Shown: positions 29,188 to 38,488 of the stretch, one piece after another | How the letters are laid out: every line of letters starts with the position of its first letter | Position numbering within the stretch: the stretch's first letter is position 1 | Origin: Bacteroidota bacterium | GTDB lineage: Bacteria; Bacteroidota; Bacteroidia; Cytophagales; Spirosomataceae | Direction of reading: 5' to 3' | DNA: 64,000 nt | Assembly (NCBI GenBank): GCA_040387735.1 | Contig: JAZKDE010000056.1 | Coordinates: 4,395 to 68,394, forward strand | The notes under the pieces: model-generated | Databases searched by the model: none | The model's input: only the letters and a program-made list of their open reading frames with translations | Told to the model about the DNA's origin: nothing | Translations under genes and position numbers: made by a program

Positions 29188-31764
29188 ATGAAAAACCATT
29201 TACCTAAAATAACTCACAGAAAGCGGTTCGCCGCTTTTTTGTTTTTGTTAGTATCTCATTTCAGTTTTGGGCAAGTTCCCAACAGCTACTATTTACCCCA
29301 AAATGTCAGTTATGACCCTAAAATTCCAACGCCTCAGCAGTATTTGGGCTATCAAGTGGGCGATTGGCACATTCAACACGATGCACTTGTGGGTTATTTC
29401 AAGAAGATTGCCGAACTCTCTAATCGAGTACAATTGACAGAATACGGTCGTACTTACGAAAACCGTCCTTTGTTATTGATGACGGTTTCGTCTCCCAAAA
29501 ACTTATCGAATATTGATAAAATTAAAGCCGACCACCACGCTTTAGGCGAACCCGAAAAATCGGCAAGTTTAGACACGAAAAATATGCCGATTGTGGTCTG
29601 GATGGGTTATTCTGTTCACGGAAACGAAGCCAGCGGAACGAATGCCTCGGTTTTAGCAGCCTATTATTTAGCGGCGGCTCAGGGTGCAGAAATTGACTCA
29701 CTTTTGAATGAAACGGTAATTTTAATTGACCCAAGAATTAATCCCGACGGCGGAGAACGTTTTTCGAGTTGGGTAAATGCCAATAAAAGCCAAAATTTAG
29801 TGTCCGACCCAAACAGTCGTGAACTCAACGAAATGTGGCCTGGAGGACGTTATAATCACTATTGGTTCGATTTAAACCGTGATTGGCTTTATACGCAACA
29901 TCCAGAAAGTAAAGGCAGAATCCAGAAATATCACGAATGGAAACCGAATATTTTGACCGACCACCACGAAATGGGTCCCAATTCTTCGTTCTTTTTTCAA
30001 CCAGGAATTCCTGCTCGTACCCACCCACTTACGCCCAAAAAGAACATTGATTTAACCGAAAAAATAGGCAAATTTCACGCTGAAGCTTTGGATAAAATCG
30101 GTTCATTGTATTTCACAAAAGAAGGGTATGACGATTTTTACTACGGAAAAGGCTCAACTTTTCCCGACGTGCAAGGTTGCATCGGAATTCTATTTGAACA
30201 AGCCAGTTCACGTGGGCATTTGCAAGAAACCCAAAACGGAAATATGAGTTTTGCTTTTACCGTTAGAAATCAATTCACGACGACGCTTTCAACTTTAAAA
30301 TCGGCTCGAAATTTACGCCAAGAATTATTGGATTATCAGCGTAGTTTTTACCAAGAAAAGAATTCTTCTCCAATTCAATCTTACGTTTTTGGTGGTGGAA
30401 ACGACCCCGTAAAAGTGTGGGAAATGACCCGAATTTTACGTCAACACGAAATAGATGTGTACGAAGTTGCCAAAGATGAAACTTTAGATGGCAAATCTTT
30501 CAAAAAAGGAACGTCTTTCGTTGTGCCTTTAAATCAGCCTCAATATCGTTTAATTCAAGGAATATTTGAAAAACGTACTACTTTTGAAGATTCGCTTTTC
30601 TACGATATTTCGGCTTGGTCGATGCCACATTGTTTTAATGTACCTTACTCAGAAGTAAAAATGCCTTTGACTTTAGGTGCAAAATTGACGGCAAATGATT
30701 TCCCGAAAGGAAAAGTAATTGGCAAAAGTGCTTACGGATATGTTTTTGAATGGAACAGTTATTTCGCCCCAAGAGCCGCTTACGAATTACAGAAAAAAGG
30801 TTACAAATTGAAAGTTGCTACCGAACCATTTACAGGTGTAATTGACGGCGGAACAAAAGAATTTGGCTACGGAACTATTGAAATAACGGCAGGGTCAAAT
30901 CAACAAGCTAATTTTGAATCGCTCAATACGCTTTTACAAACTTTAGCCGAACGTGATGGCGTGAATTTTTATGGTGTAAAAACAGGTTTAACACCCACTG
31001 GAATTGATTTGGGGAGTAGTTATTTCGCTCCAATTCGTCAGCCTAAGGCATTGATGCTTACGGGTTTAAATGTTAATCCAAACGATGCCGGCGAAACTTG
31101 GCATTTATTGGATACACGAGTAAATCTTCCCTTAACGATGGCGGATATTACGCAAACCAATCGCATGAGTTTGGAAAAATACAATACTTTAATTCTTTCA
31201 AGCGGTGATTATAACAGTTTAGACGAAGAGAAAATCAAAACTTGGGTACGTGGTGGTGGCGTATTAATTGCCATGACAGATGCGGTGAATTGGGTTGTTG
31301 CCAAAGGACTTTCTCCTGTAAAAATCAAAGCAATTCCAGCCGATACTTCTGCTCCAAAACCTTACGCTTTGGCAGAACGCTATAAAGGAGCTCAACAAAT
31401 TGGCGGGGCTATTTTTCAAGTAAAAATCGACCCGACGCATCCAATTGGTTATGGATTTAAGGACAATACGTTAAGTGTTTTCAGAGACAATACTATTTTC
31501 TTGGAAAAGATAAAAGACCCGTACAATGCTCCGTTAATTTACACCAACGAACCTTTGGTAAGTGGCTATATTACAGAACGTAACAAAAAATTATTGAAAA
31601 ATTCGCCATCGGTTGTAGCTACAAGTTTTGGTGCTGGAAAAGTAATTGTGATGACAGATAATCCCAATTTCAGAGCATTTTGGTACGGCACAAATAAATT
31701 ATTTTTGAACGCTATATTCTTTGGTTCAACGATTCTTTCGGGAGTACGTGGCGGAGAAGATTGA
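29188..31764 (+). CDS. M14 family zinc carboxypeptidase, large secreted form
   Basis: HGNE zinc motif (SVHGNEASG) and further M14 blocks (NPDG, DLNRDW). Signal peptide follows the ATG at 29188, and the ORF-track start at 29089 adds an implausible leader. Confidence 0.85.
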   Translation: MKNHLPKITHRKRFAAFLFLLVSHFSFGQVPNSYYLPQNVSYDPKIPTPQQYLGYQVGDWHIQHDALVGYFKKIAELSNRVQLTEYGRTYENRPLLLMTVSSPKNLSNIDKIKADHHALGEPEKSASLDTKNMPIVVWMGYSVHGNEASGTNASVLAAYYLAAAQGAEIDSLLNETVILIDPRINPDGGERFSSWVNANKSQNLVSDPNSRELNEMWPGGRYNHYWFDLNRDWLYTQHPESKGRIQKYHEWKPNILTDHHEMGPNSSFFFQPGIPARTHPLTPKKNIDLTEKIGKFHAEALDKIGSLYFTKEGYDDFYYGKGSTFPDVQGCIGILFEQASSRGHLQETQNGNMSFAFTVRNQFTTTLSTLKSARNLRQELLDYQRSFYQEKNSSPIQSYVFGGGNDPVKVWEMTRILRQHEIDVYEVAKDETLDGKSFKKGTSFVVPLNQPQYRLIQGIFEKRTTFEDSLFYDISAWSMPHCFNVPYSEVKMPLTLGAKLTANDFPKGKVIGKSAYGYVFEWNSYFAPRAAYELQKKGYKLKVATEPFTGVIDGGTKEFGYGTIEITAGSNQQANFESLNTLLQTLAERDGVNFYGVKTGLTPTGIDLGSSYFAPIRQPKALMLTGLNVNPNDAGETWHLLDTRVNLPLTMADITQTNRMSLEKYNTLILSSGDYNSLDEEKIKTWVRGGGVLIAMTDAVNWVVAKGLSPVKIKAIPADTSAPKPYALAERYKGAQQIGGAIFQVKIDPTHPIGYGFKDNTLSVFRDNTIFLEKIKDPYNAPLIYTNEPLVSGYITERNKKLLKNSPSVVATSFGAGKVIVMTDNPNFRAFWYGTNKLFLNAIFFGSTILSGVRGGED

Positions 31765-31779
31765 TAAGCAAATATTTTG

Positions 31780-31814
31780 GGAAGTCTCTACTTAAAATGG
31801 AGACTTCCTTTTTC
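31780..31814 (+). terminator. Intrinsic terminator after the M14 peptidase gene
   Basis: Stem ggaagtctc/gagacttcc followed by ttttt. Confidence 0.8.
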
Positions 31815-31823
31815 TGATTAATA

Positions 31824-32399
31824 ATGGACAAAGTTCAACTTCGTAAATATTACCTTTCTAAACGCAAAGCAATTTCCTCCGAAGAAATTGCCGAAAAAAG
31901 TCAGCAAATTGCTGATTTATTTTTTCAATCTTTCGACCTTTCAAATATTCAAAAGCTCCATATTTTCTTACCAATCATCCGAAATAAAGAGATAAATACA
32001 TTCCTGATAATCAAACACTTAAATAAGCATTTTCCGCAAATAAATATCATCATTCCAAAGACGATTATTAGTACCTCCGAAATGGAACATTATCTTTTAG
32101 ATGAAGAAAAATTAACCGAAAATCAATGGGGAATTTTAGAACCTTCGGATGAAAATCTGGTAAAATTTGAACCTTCAACCATTGATTTAGTCATTATTCC
32201 CTTATTAGTTTTTGACAAGCACGGCAATCGAGTTGGCTACGGCAAAGGGTTTTACGACCGTTTTCTGCAAAAATGTAAAACAACGACCCTAAAAATTGGA
32301 CTTTGTCTTGAAGAGCCAATCGAACAAATTGAAGATGTAAATGAATTTGATATAAAGATGGATTTTTGTATTACTTCTACAAAAAATTACATTTTTTAA
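31824..32399 (+). CDS. 5-formyltetrahydrofolate cyclo-ligase
   Basis: 191 aa. Has LR ... and a C-terminal G.R.GYGKGFYDR motif. Confidence 0.88.
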   Translation: MDKVQLRKYYLSKRKAISSEEIAEKSQQIADLFFQSFDLSNIQKLHIFLPIIRNKEINTFLIIKHLNKHFPQINIIIPKTIISTSEMEHYLLDEEKLTENQWGILEPSDENLVKFEPSTIDLVIIPLLVFDKHGNRVGYGKGFYDRFLQKCKTTTLKIGLCLEEPIEQIEDVNEFDIKMDFCITSTKNYIF

Positions 32400-32497
32400 A
32401 TTTTCATAAACCATTGAAAATCAGAATTTTAATATATTATTCTCGATTCTCTGTTTTCTATTATCTAATTTCCCTTTTCTCTTCAAACTTTATAGAG

Positions 32498-32505
32498 TAA
32501 TTTTG
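32498..32505 (+). promoter_or_regulatory. Candidate -7 box upstream of ORF 32547-33044
   Basis: TAATTTTG at 32498-32505. Confidence 0.3.
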
Positions 32506-32546
32506 CAGACTTTTTCGCATCAATTGTATTAGATAATTATAAAATC

Positions 32547-33044
32547 TTGAAAACGAGAATATTACTTTTGCTATTGATAGGCGTTTTTTCAAAGTCATTC
32601 GGACAGATTGATAAAAAAGATTTGTTTCCTATTGAAATAAGGCAGAAGTTTTTGAGTACCAGTTTTATCTATGACCGCCAAATTGTTGATAACCCTTTGG
32701 CATTGCAGATACCTTTATTACAGCTCAGAGACACGCAGGTAAATGTGGAGTTTTTGACCTACAAAAAGCAGAAAAGAGCAGTTCAAATAATCAGTTTGCT
32801 TTCGACAGGTTTTTCACTTTATACAATTTTCAATCGAGAAAAAGTGTCAAGTGAAGCATATTGGGGAGTTTTAGGAGGAACCGTTTTGGTTACGGGATAC
32901 TTAAATGTCAAATCAAATCTGCATTTGGCAAGAGCCATTCATCGTTACAACGAGGTGATTGCAGAAAATAAAATAGGCTTGATTTTTGATAAATCATTGA
33001 ACAATCAAGCAATCGTGGGAATTGGTTTTGTGCATAGTTTTTAG
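32547..33044 (+). CDS. Hypothetical protein with signal peptide
   Basis: 165 aa from a TTG start, with a TAatTTTG box 42 nt upstream. No family recognised. Confidence 0.4.
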   Translation: MKTRILLLLLIGVFSKSFGQIDKKDLFPIEIRQKFLSTSFIYDRQIVDNPLALQIPLLQLRDTQVNVEFLTYKKQKRAVQIISLLSTGFSLYTIFNREKVSSEAYWGVLGGTVLVTGYLNVKSNLHLARAIHRYNEVIAENKIGLIFDKSLNNQAIVGIGFVHSF

Positions 33045-33114
33045 AAAAGTAACACGGGAAATTCTCCCGAAACACAGATAATTTTATATAATCAATTCAT
33101 AATCAATTTTTAGA

Positions 33115-34107
33115 ATGAAAGTAGCAGTAGTCGGAGCCACAGGTTTGGTCGGTGGCGAAATCCTTAAAGTATTGGCGGAACGTAATTTCCCCGTAACAGA
33201 ACTTATTCCAGTTGCTTCTGAGCGTTCAGTGGGTAAACAGGTTGAGTTTAAGGGTAAACAGTACACCGTAGTAGGTTTTGACGATGCTATCAAGATGAAA
33301 CCTAATGTGGCGATTTTTTCTGCAGGTGGCGGAACATCTTTAAATTTAGCTCCTCAATTTGCCGCAGCGGGTATTACAGTAGTTGATAATTCGTCAGCAT
33401 GGAGAATGGATCCAACCAAGAAATTGGTAGTTCCAGAAATCAATGCTTACACACTAACGCCAGAAGATAAAATTATTGCCAATCCAAACTGTTCGACAAT
33501 TCAGATGGTGGTGATAATGAATCCATTACATAAAAAGTACAAAATCAAACGAGTTGTTGTTTCAACTTATCAGTCGGTTACAGGAACAGGAAAAGCGGCG
33601 GTTGACCAACTTTTTGCTGAGCGTGAAGGCCGTACCGATGTTCCAGCGGTATATCCACATAAGATTGACTTAAACGTTTTGCCACACATTGATGTATTCT
33701 TGGATAATGGTTATACCAAAGAAGAGATGAAAATGGTGAACGAAACCAAGAAAATCATGATGGATGACTCGATTCAGGTAACAGCTACTACTGTTCGTAT
33801 TCCTACAATTGGAGGACACTCTGAGTCCGTGAATATTGAGTTTGAAAATGATTTTGACGTAGAAGAAATGAAGAGCATTTTGGCACAGGAAGAAGGTGTA
33901 ATCTTACAAGATGACCCGAAAAATGCTGTGTACCCAATGCCAATCAATGCACACGGAAAGGATGAGGTTTTTGTAGGACGTATTCGTCGTGATTTAACCC
34001 AACCTAATACCGTAAATATGTGGATTGTTGCTGATAATTTACGCAAAGGTGCTGCAACAAATGCAGTACAAATTGTGGAATATTTAGCAAAAAATGGTCT
34101 TATTTAG
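33115..34107 (+). CDS. asd: Aspartate-semialdehyde dehydrogenase
   Basis: MKVAVVGATGLVG, the active-site NPNCSTI, and a length of 330 aa. Confidence 0.95.
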   Translation: MKVAVVGATGLVGGEILKVLAERNFPVTELIPVASERSVGKQVEFKGKQYTVVGFDDAIKMKPNVAIFSAGGGTSLNLAPQFAAAGITVVDNSSAWRMDPTKKLVVPEINAYTLTPEDKIIANPNCSTIQMVVIMNPLHKKYKIKRVVVSTYQSVTGTGKAAVDQLFAEREGRTDVPAVYPHKIDLNVLPHIDVFLDNGYTKEEMKMVNETKKIMMDDSIQVTATTVRIPTIGGHSESVNIEFENDFDVEEMKSILAQEEGVILQDDPKNAVYPMPINAHGKDEVFVGRIRRDLTQPNTVNMWIVADNLRKGAATNAVQIVEYLAKNGLI

Positions 34108-34135
34108 TGATTTATAAGGTTTGATAAAATGTTAA

Positions 34136-34167
34136 AGCCGAGACGAAAATCTCGGCTTTTTTTGTTC
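34136..34167 (+). terminator. Intrinsic terminator after asd
   Basis: Stem aagccgaga/tctcggctt with a 6-nt loop, followed by T7. Confidence 0.85.
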
Positions 34168-34245
34168 TCAATAAACTGATACCATATCAATAATTAAACC
34201 TTTTCTCAGGTTTTGATGTTGAAAATATACCAAATATTCAACCTA

Positions 34246-34950
34246 ATGGAAAACGAAGAAACAGAAAATAATAAACTCGACCGTATCATTGAAGCCCGCA
34301 TGAAATTGAAGGCTCGGTTTGAGGAAAAGATGAAATCCACGCCTTCGATGGCGGATGAAAAGCCGCAAGGGAAAGGCCCGATTAATCGTCATGGAATGCC
34401 CAATACACCCGTTGGACAAACCCTTACGACCAAATGGCCTGTCCTTGATTTAGGCTATCAACCTAAAATTCCATTGGAGAAATGGCGTTTAATTATTGAT
34501 GGAGAAGTAGAAAATCCTCTTATTTTAACTTGGGATGATTTGATGGCTTTGCCACAGACAGAAGACGTTTCTGATTTTCACTGTGTAACTACTTGGTCAA
34601 AATTGGATATGGTTTGGAAAGGTGTGAGTTTGATTGACTTGGCGGCATTAGTACAGCCCAAAGAAACCGCTACGCACATTATGTGTTACGGATACGATAC
34701 TTATACTACGAATGTTTCATTAGAAGAAGCTTTAAAGCCTGATGTTTTATTGGGACATACCGTTGACGGTCAACCACTTACCGTAGAACACGGTGGACCT
34801 TTACGCATGATTACACCACAATTATACGCTTGGAAAGGCTCGAAGTGGATAAAAAGATTGGAATTTATGCCTAAAAATAAATTAGGATTTTGGGAGGAAA
34901 GAGGCTATTCAAACACGGCATATCCGTGGAGAAATGATAGATACAGTTGA
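34246..34950 (+). CDS. Sulfite oxidase-like molybdopterin-dependent oxidoreductase
   Basis: DFHCVT.WS motif and LRM..P..Y.WK..KW are typical of the small SUOX-fold/YedY-like family. Start is uncertain (34216 or 34246). Confidence 0.75.
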   Translation: MENEETENNKLDRIIEARMKLKARFEEKMKSTPSMADEKPQGKGPINRHGMPNTPVGQTLTTKWPVLDLGYQPKIPLEKWRLIIDGEVENPLILTWDDLMALPQTEDVSDFHCVTTWSKLDMVWKGVSLIDLAALVQPKETATHIMCYGYDTYTTNVSLEEALKPDVLLGHTVDGQPLTVEHGGPLRMITPQLYAWKGSKWIKRLEFMPKNKLGFWEERGYSNTAYPWRNDRYS

Positions 34951-34999
34951 TTAATTGTGATTAAGTGAGTTGTGATTAATAACTCACTTAATCACTAAT
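34951..34999. repeat. Heptamer-phased hairpin between convergent genes (SUOX-like and rnr)
   Basis: TTAATTG TGATTAA GTGAGTT GTGATTA ATAACTC ACTTAAT CACTAAT. The 13-bp perfect stem pairs 34959-34971 with 34981-34993. Confidence 0.75.
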
Positions 35000-35001
35000 A
35001 T

Positions 35002-37479
35002 CTACCGTCTCTTTTTTCTATCAGAATTTCTTGAATCTGGTCGTTTTCCACCTTTTGATGACCTCGAATCACCAGATTTATTATATCTTGAATCTCTTCC
35101 TCCTCTTGATGATTTCGGATTGTCTCTTCTTACTTTTCCATCACCACCAACCAATAATAAATCCATACTTCTGCGGGACAGATTACACTCTTTTACTTTC
35201 ACTTGTAATTTATCTCCGAAGGTGAAAACTCGTCCGTTGCGTTGTCCTACAATTCTGTAATTTTCACGGTCATAATCATAGAAATCATCTTTCAAATCTA
35301 CCATTCTGACTAATCCTTCCGATGCTGTTTCGGTAATTTCTACAAAAATTCCGAATTCAGTAACACCCGAAATAATTCCGTCCCAAACTTTACCATCATC
35401 CATCAAACTCATGTATTCTACTTGTTTGTATTTGATAGAAGCTCTTTCAGCTTCAGCGGCCATTTTTTCTTGTTCAGAACTATGCTTACAACGTTGTTCC
35501 CAAGCACCACGCTCTAATGGTTGTCCACCGTCGAGATAATGCTGTAACAAACGGTGAGCCATCATATCGGGATAACGTCTAATTGGACTCGTAAAGTGCG
35601 AATAAAACGGAAATGCTAAACCAAAATGTCCGATTGGGTCGGTGCTATATTTTGCTTTTGACATTGTGCGAACCGCTAAATTTTCCAAAATATTTTGCTC
35701 TGGTTTACCTTCTACATCGTGCATTAATTCGTTGAATGAAGTACTAATTCTCGAAACTTCCGTATCGACGTTATAGCCAAATCTTTTGGCAAAGGTCGAA
35801 AAGTTTTTGAGTTTTTCTGGGTCTGGAGCATCGTGAGTACGATAAACCATTGTATTACGTGGCTCAGATTTTTTCAAATTAAAGACATATTCTGCCACTT
35901 TTTTATTGGCAAGCAACATAAATTCCTCAATCAATTTGTGAGCATCAACTCTGATTTTTTGATAAACCCCCAAAGGTTTTCCATTCTCATCTAAACTAAA
36001 TCTAACCTCTACCGTTTCAAAATTTACGGCTCCTTTTGCAAAACGTTCCTCACGAAGTTTGTGAGCGAGTTGGTTAAGAATATTGAGTTCTTTTTTGTAA
36101 GTAGGGATTGGAGATTGGGAATTAGAAGTTTCAAATTCCTCAACTTTCTTTTTTCTACTTTTTTTCGTTGGTTCTTCTGTAATTACTGAGGAGTTATCCA
36201 CATTATTTGTGGATAACTCCTCAATATTGTCAACTAATGCTACATTGTCGCCAAGAATGTGAATATTATTCTCTAAACTCGGCTCACTACTCACTGGAAA
36301 CGGCTCACTATCCAATTGTTCTTGTGCTTCCTCGTAACTAAATCGTTTGTCCGAGTGAATAATAGTTCTTCCGAACCACTCTTTCACAACTTGAGCATTG
36401 GGCGTAATTTCAAATACTGCCGAAAATGTCAATTTATCTTCATTTGGACGAAGTGAACAAAGTCCATTCGAGAGTTTTTCGGGTAACATTGGCACTACTC
36501 TATCCACCAAATAAACCGAAGTAGCACGTTGATAAGCCTCTTGTTCTAAATTAGATTCTGGCTTAACATAATGCGTAACGTCGGCAATGTGAACGCCAAT
36601 TTCATAATTTCCGTTTTCCAGAAATTCAAAACTCAAGGCATCATCAAAGTCTTTCGCATCAACGGGGTCAATGGTAAAAGTGGTAATTTTTCTAAAATCA
36701 CGACGCTTCTTAATTTCACCCGCAAGAATTTTTACGGGAATAGCATCAGCTTCTTTTTCAATATTTTCTGGGAAACGAATCGGCAAACCAAATTCTGCCA
36801 AAATAGCGTGCATTTCAGTATTATTTTCACCTGATTTACCCAATACGTCAATTACAACGCCTTCCATTTTACGTTCACCTTCCGCCCATTTTGTTACTTT
36901 CACGATAACTTTATCTCCGTGTTGAGCATCTTTAAGGTCATTTTTTGAGACAAAAATATCTCCAAAAATTTTCTTTGAACTCGCAACAACGAAGGCGTAA
37001 TTAGGCATAATCTCAATTGTACCAACTAATTCGGTACGACCTCTTTGGAGGATTTCTACGACTTCGCCTTCAATGCGGTCTGAGCCTTTTTTCTTTTTTG
37101 ACCAGACTAACACTTTCACAATATCTCCGTCAATAGCTCCATTCAATTCACGAGCATTCACGAGAATATCACCTTCACGCCCGTCCACAATTACGAAACC
37201 GAAGCGAACATTTACGTGGTCTATACGTCCTTCAACGAATTCCGTTGTGGTATCCGCTAAATAATGCCCGTCGGCTTGGCGAATCAATTTTTTGTCTTTG
37301 TGAAGTTCCACAATCAAATCCCCAAAAAGGTCTTTGGTTCTACGGTCACGGATGGCAAATGATTTATGGACTTGGTTTAGCGACCAAGCGGTATCTTCGT
37401 TTAGTTGAAAAAACTCCAGGATTTCACCTTTTATTTTATCTTTATAACTCTGTTCTTTCGATGTTTTTTGATTTGTCAT
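35002..37479 (-). CDS. rnr: Ribonuclease R with an internal low-complexity insertion and a basic C-terminal tail
   Basis: CSD/OB N-terminal region, RNB domain (TIDP.DAKDFDDA, HIADV, YLVDRV.PMLP) and S1 domain, then an R/K/S-rich tail. ATG at 37479 is preferred; a GTG at 37524 is possible. Confidence 0.93.
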   Translation of the reverse strand: MTNQKTSKEQSYKDKIKGEILEFFQLNEDTAWSLNQVHKSFAIRDRRTKDLFGDLIVELHKDKKLIRQADGHYLADTTTEFVEGRIDHVNVRFGFVIVDGREGDILVNARELNGAIDGDIVKVLVWSKKKKGSDRIEGEVVEILQRGRTELVGTIEIMPNYAFVVASSKKIFGDIFVSKNDLKDAQHGDKVIVKVTKWAEGERKMEGVVIDVLGKSGENNTEMHAILAEFGLPIRFPENIEKEADAIPVKILAGEIKKRRDFRKITTFTIDPVDAKDFDDALSFEFLENGNYEIGVHIADVTHYVKPESNLEQEAYQRATSVYLVDRVVPMLPEKLSNGLCSLRPNEDKLTFSAVFEITPNAQVVKEWFGRTIIHSDKRFSYEEAQEQLDSEPFPVSSEPSLENNIHILGDNVALVDNIEELSTNNVDNSSVITEEPTKKSRKKKVEEFETSNSQSPIPTYKKELNILNQLAHKLREERFAKGAVNFETVEVRFSLDENGKPLGVYQKIRVDAHKLIEEFMLLANKKVAEYVFNLKKSEPRNTMVYRTHDAPDPEKLKNFSTFAKRFGYNVDTEVSRISTSFNELMHDVEGKPEQNILENLAVRTMSKAKYSTDPIGHFGLAFPFYSHFTSPIRRYPDMMAHRLLQHYLDGGQPLERGAWEQRCKHSSEQEKMAAEAERASIKYKQVEYMSLMDDGKVWDGIISGVTEFGIFVEITETASEGLVRMVDLKDDFYDYDRENYRIVGQRNGRVFTFGDKLQVKVKECNLSRRSMDLLLVGGDGKVRRDNPKSSRGGRDSRYNKSGDSRSSKGGKRPDSRNSDRKKRR
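36187..36223. repeat. Perfect 16-bp-arm palindrome inside rnr CDS containing two inverted TTATCCACA boxes
   Basis: tgaggagTTATCCACA ttatt TGTGGATAActcctca, checked base by base. Encodes ..IEELSTNNVDNSSV.. on the minus strand. Confidence 0.9.
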
Positions 37480-37719
37480 TTTTTGTTTTGGTTTATTATA
37501 GGTGCGTTGTGATGGACTTTTCACTAATTTTAGGATGATACTTTTGGTAGTTTTTCTTACGAAAGGTCGCTATTTATTCCACAAATTCCAAAATATCAGC
37601 AGGTTGACGATGGATAATTGATAATTAAGTGAATAAATCCCAAAAGTATTTGAGAGAGTATAGCAATATTAGGAAGGGGAATAGGGAGAACTTGATAATA
37701 TTTTGTGTTGTCGATTTTC

Positions 37720-38298
37720 TTAAACCTTCCAACGCTTAGCAACTTCCAATGAATAATCCACAAATGCCTTTACGGTATTGTCATAAATCGTATTTCCTAC
37801 TGAGTCTGAGCTTTCATCCAGATTTTTATGAGTCTCGTGCGACTCGTATATACGTGGTGAAACGACTGAATATTGATTACTGAAATTAATAATCTTATTA
37901 ATCACCGTTGTTAATTCTATACAGGGAATCTTCCCTCCTCGCCCACTCGATACTCCCGCCAAAGCAAATGTTTTGTTGCTGAAAAGATGAGCAAAATCCT
38001 TTGCCCCTAATTGATGAAGAGCGTTTAGTAAATCTCCATTTACCGTAAAATTGTATTCTGGTGTGACAAAAAATACTAAATCAGCCTTTCCCCAAGCTGA
38101 AATTAATTCGCTTTGAAAATCCGTTAAATTATCTTTGTCAACTATCCCACGTCCAACCGAAGGGATGTCAAAGTGATGAAAATCAACCACAGTAACATTT
38201 TGATAATCAGCTTCTTGCAATATTTTTTGAATGTACTTTGAAAAGCGTAATGAATTACTGTTTTTTCTGGGTGATGTGGCAATTACGGCAATGTTCAT
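37720..38298 (-). CDS. NADPH-dependent FMN reductase family oxidoreductase
   Basis: 192 aa with a flavodoxin-like fold pattern (MNIAVIATSPRKNSNS ... TPEYN). Confidence 0.75.
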   Translation of the reverse strand: MNIAVIATSPRKNSNSLRFSKYIQKILQEADYQNVTVVDFHHFDIPSVGRGIVDKDNLTDFQSELISAWGKADLVFFVTPEYNFTVNGDLLNALHQLGAKDFAHLFSNKTFALAGVSSGRGGKIPCIELTTVINKIINFSNQYSVVSPRIYESHETHKNLDESSDSVGNTIYDNTVKAFVDYSLEVAKRWKV

Positions 38299-38488
38299 GG
38301 TTAAATTTTAGTGTTTTATTGAGCGAATACCCATTAATAACCAAATCTTGTACCAAAAAGTTACAGACAATAAAACAAAAGGAAGTCTTCACTCGCAAGA
38401 TTTGGAGCAAAACTTCCTTTTATATTATAAAATAATTTGTTCAACTGGTTCAATAATGGACAATTATACCAGTTTTTTATTATCTGAA

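Noticed and set aside
36187-36223. Two consensus DnaA boxes as a possible replication origin
   Set aside because: There are only two boxes and both belong to one palindrome inside the rnr CDS. There is no cluster of boxes, no AT-rich unwinding element, and no dnaA/dnaN neighbourhood. Other near-matches (for example gttatccac near 2625) are isolated.
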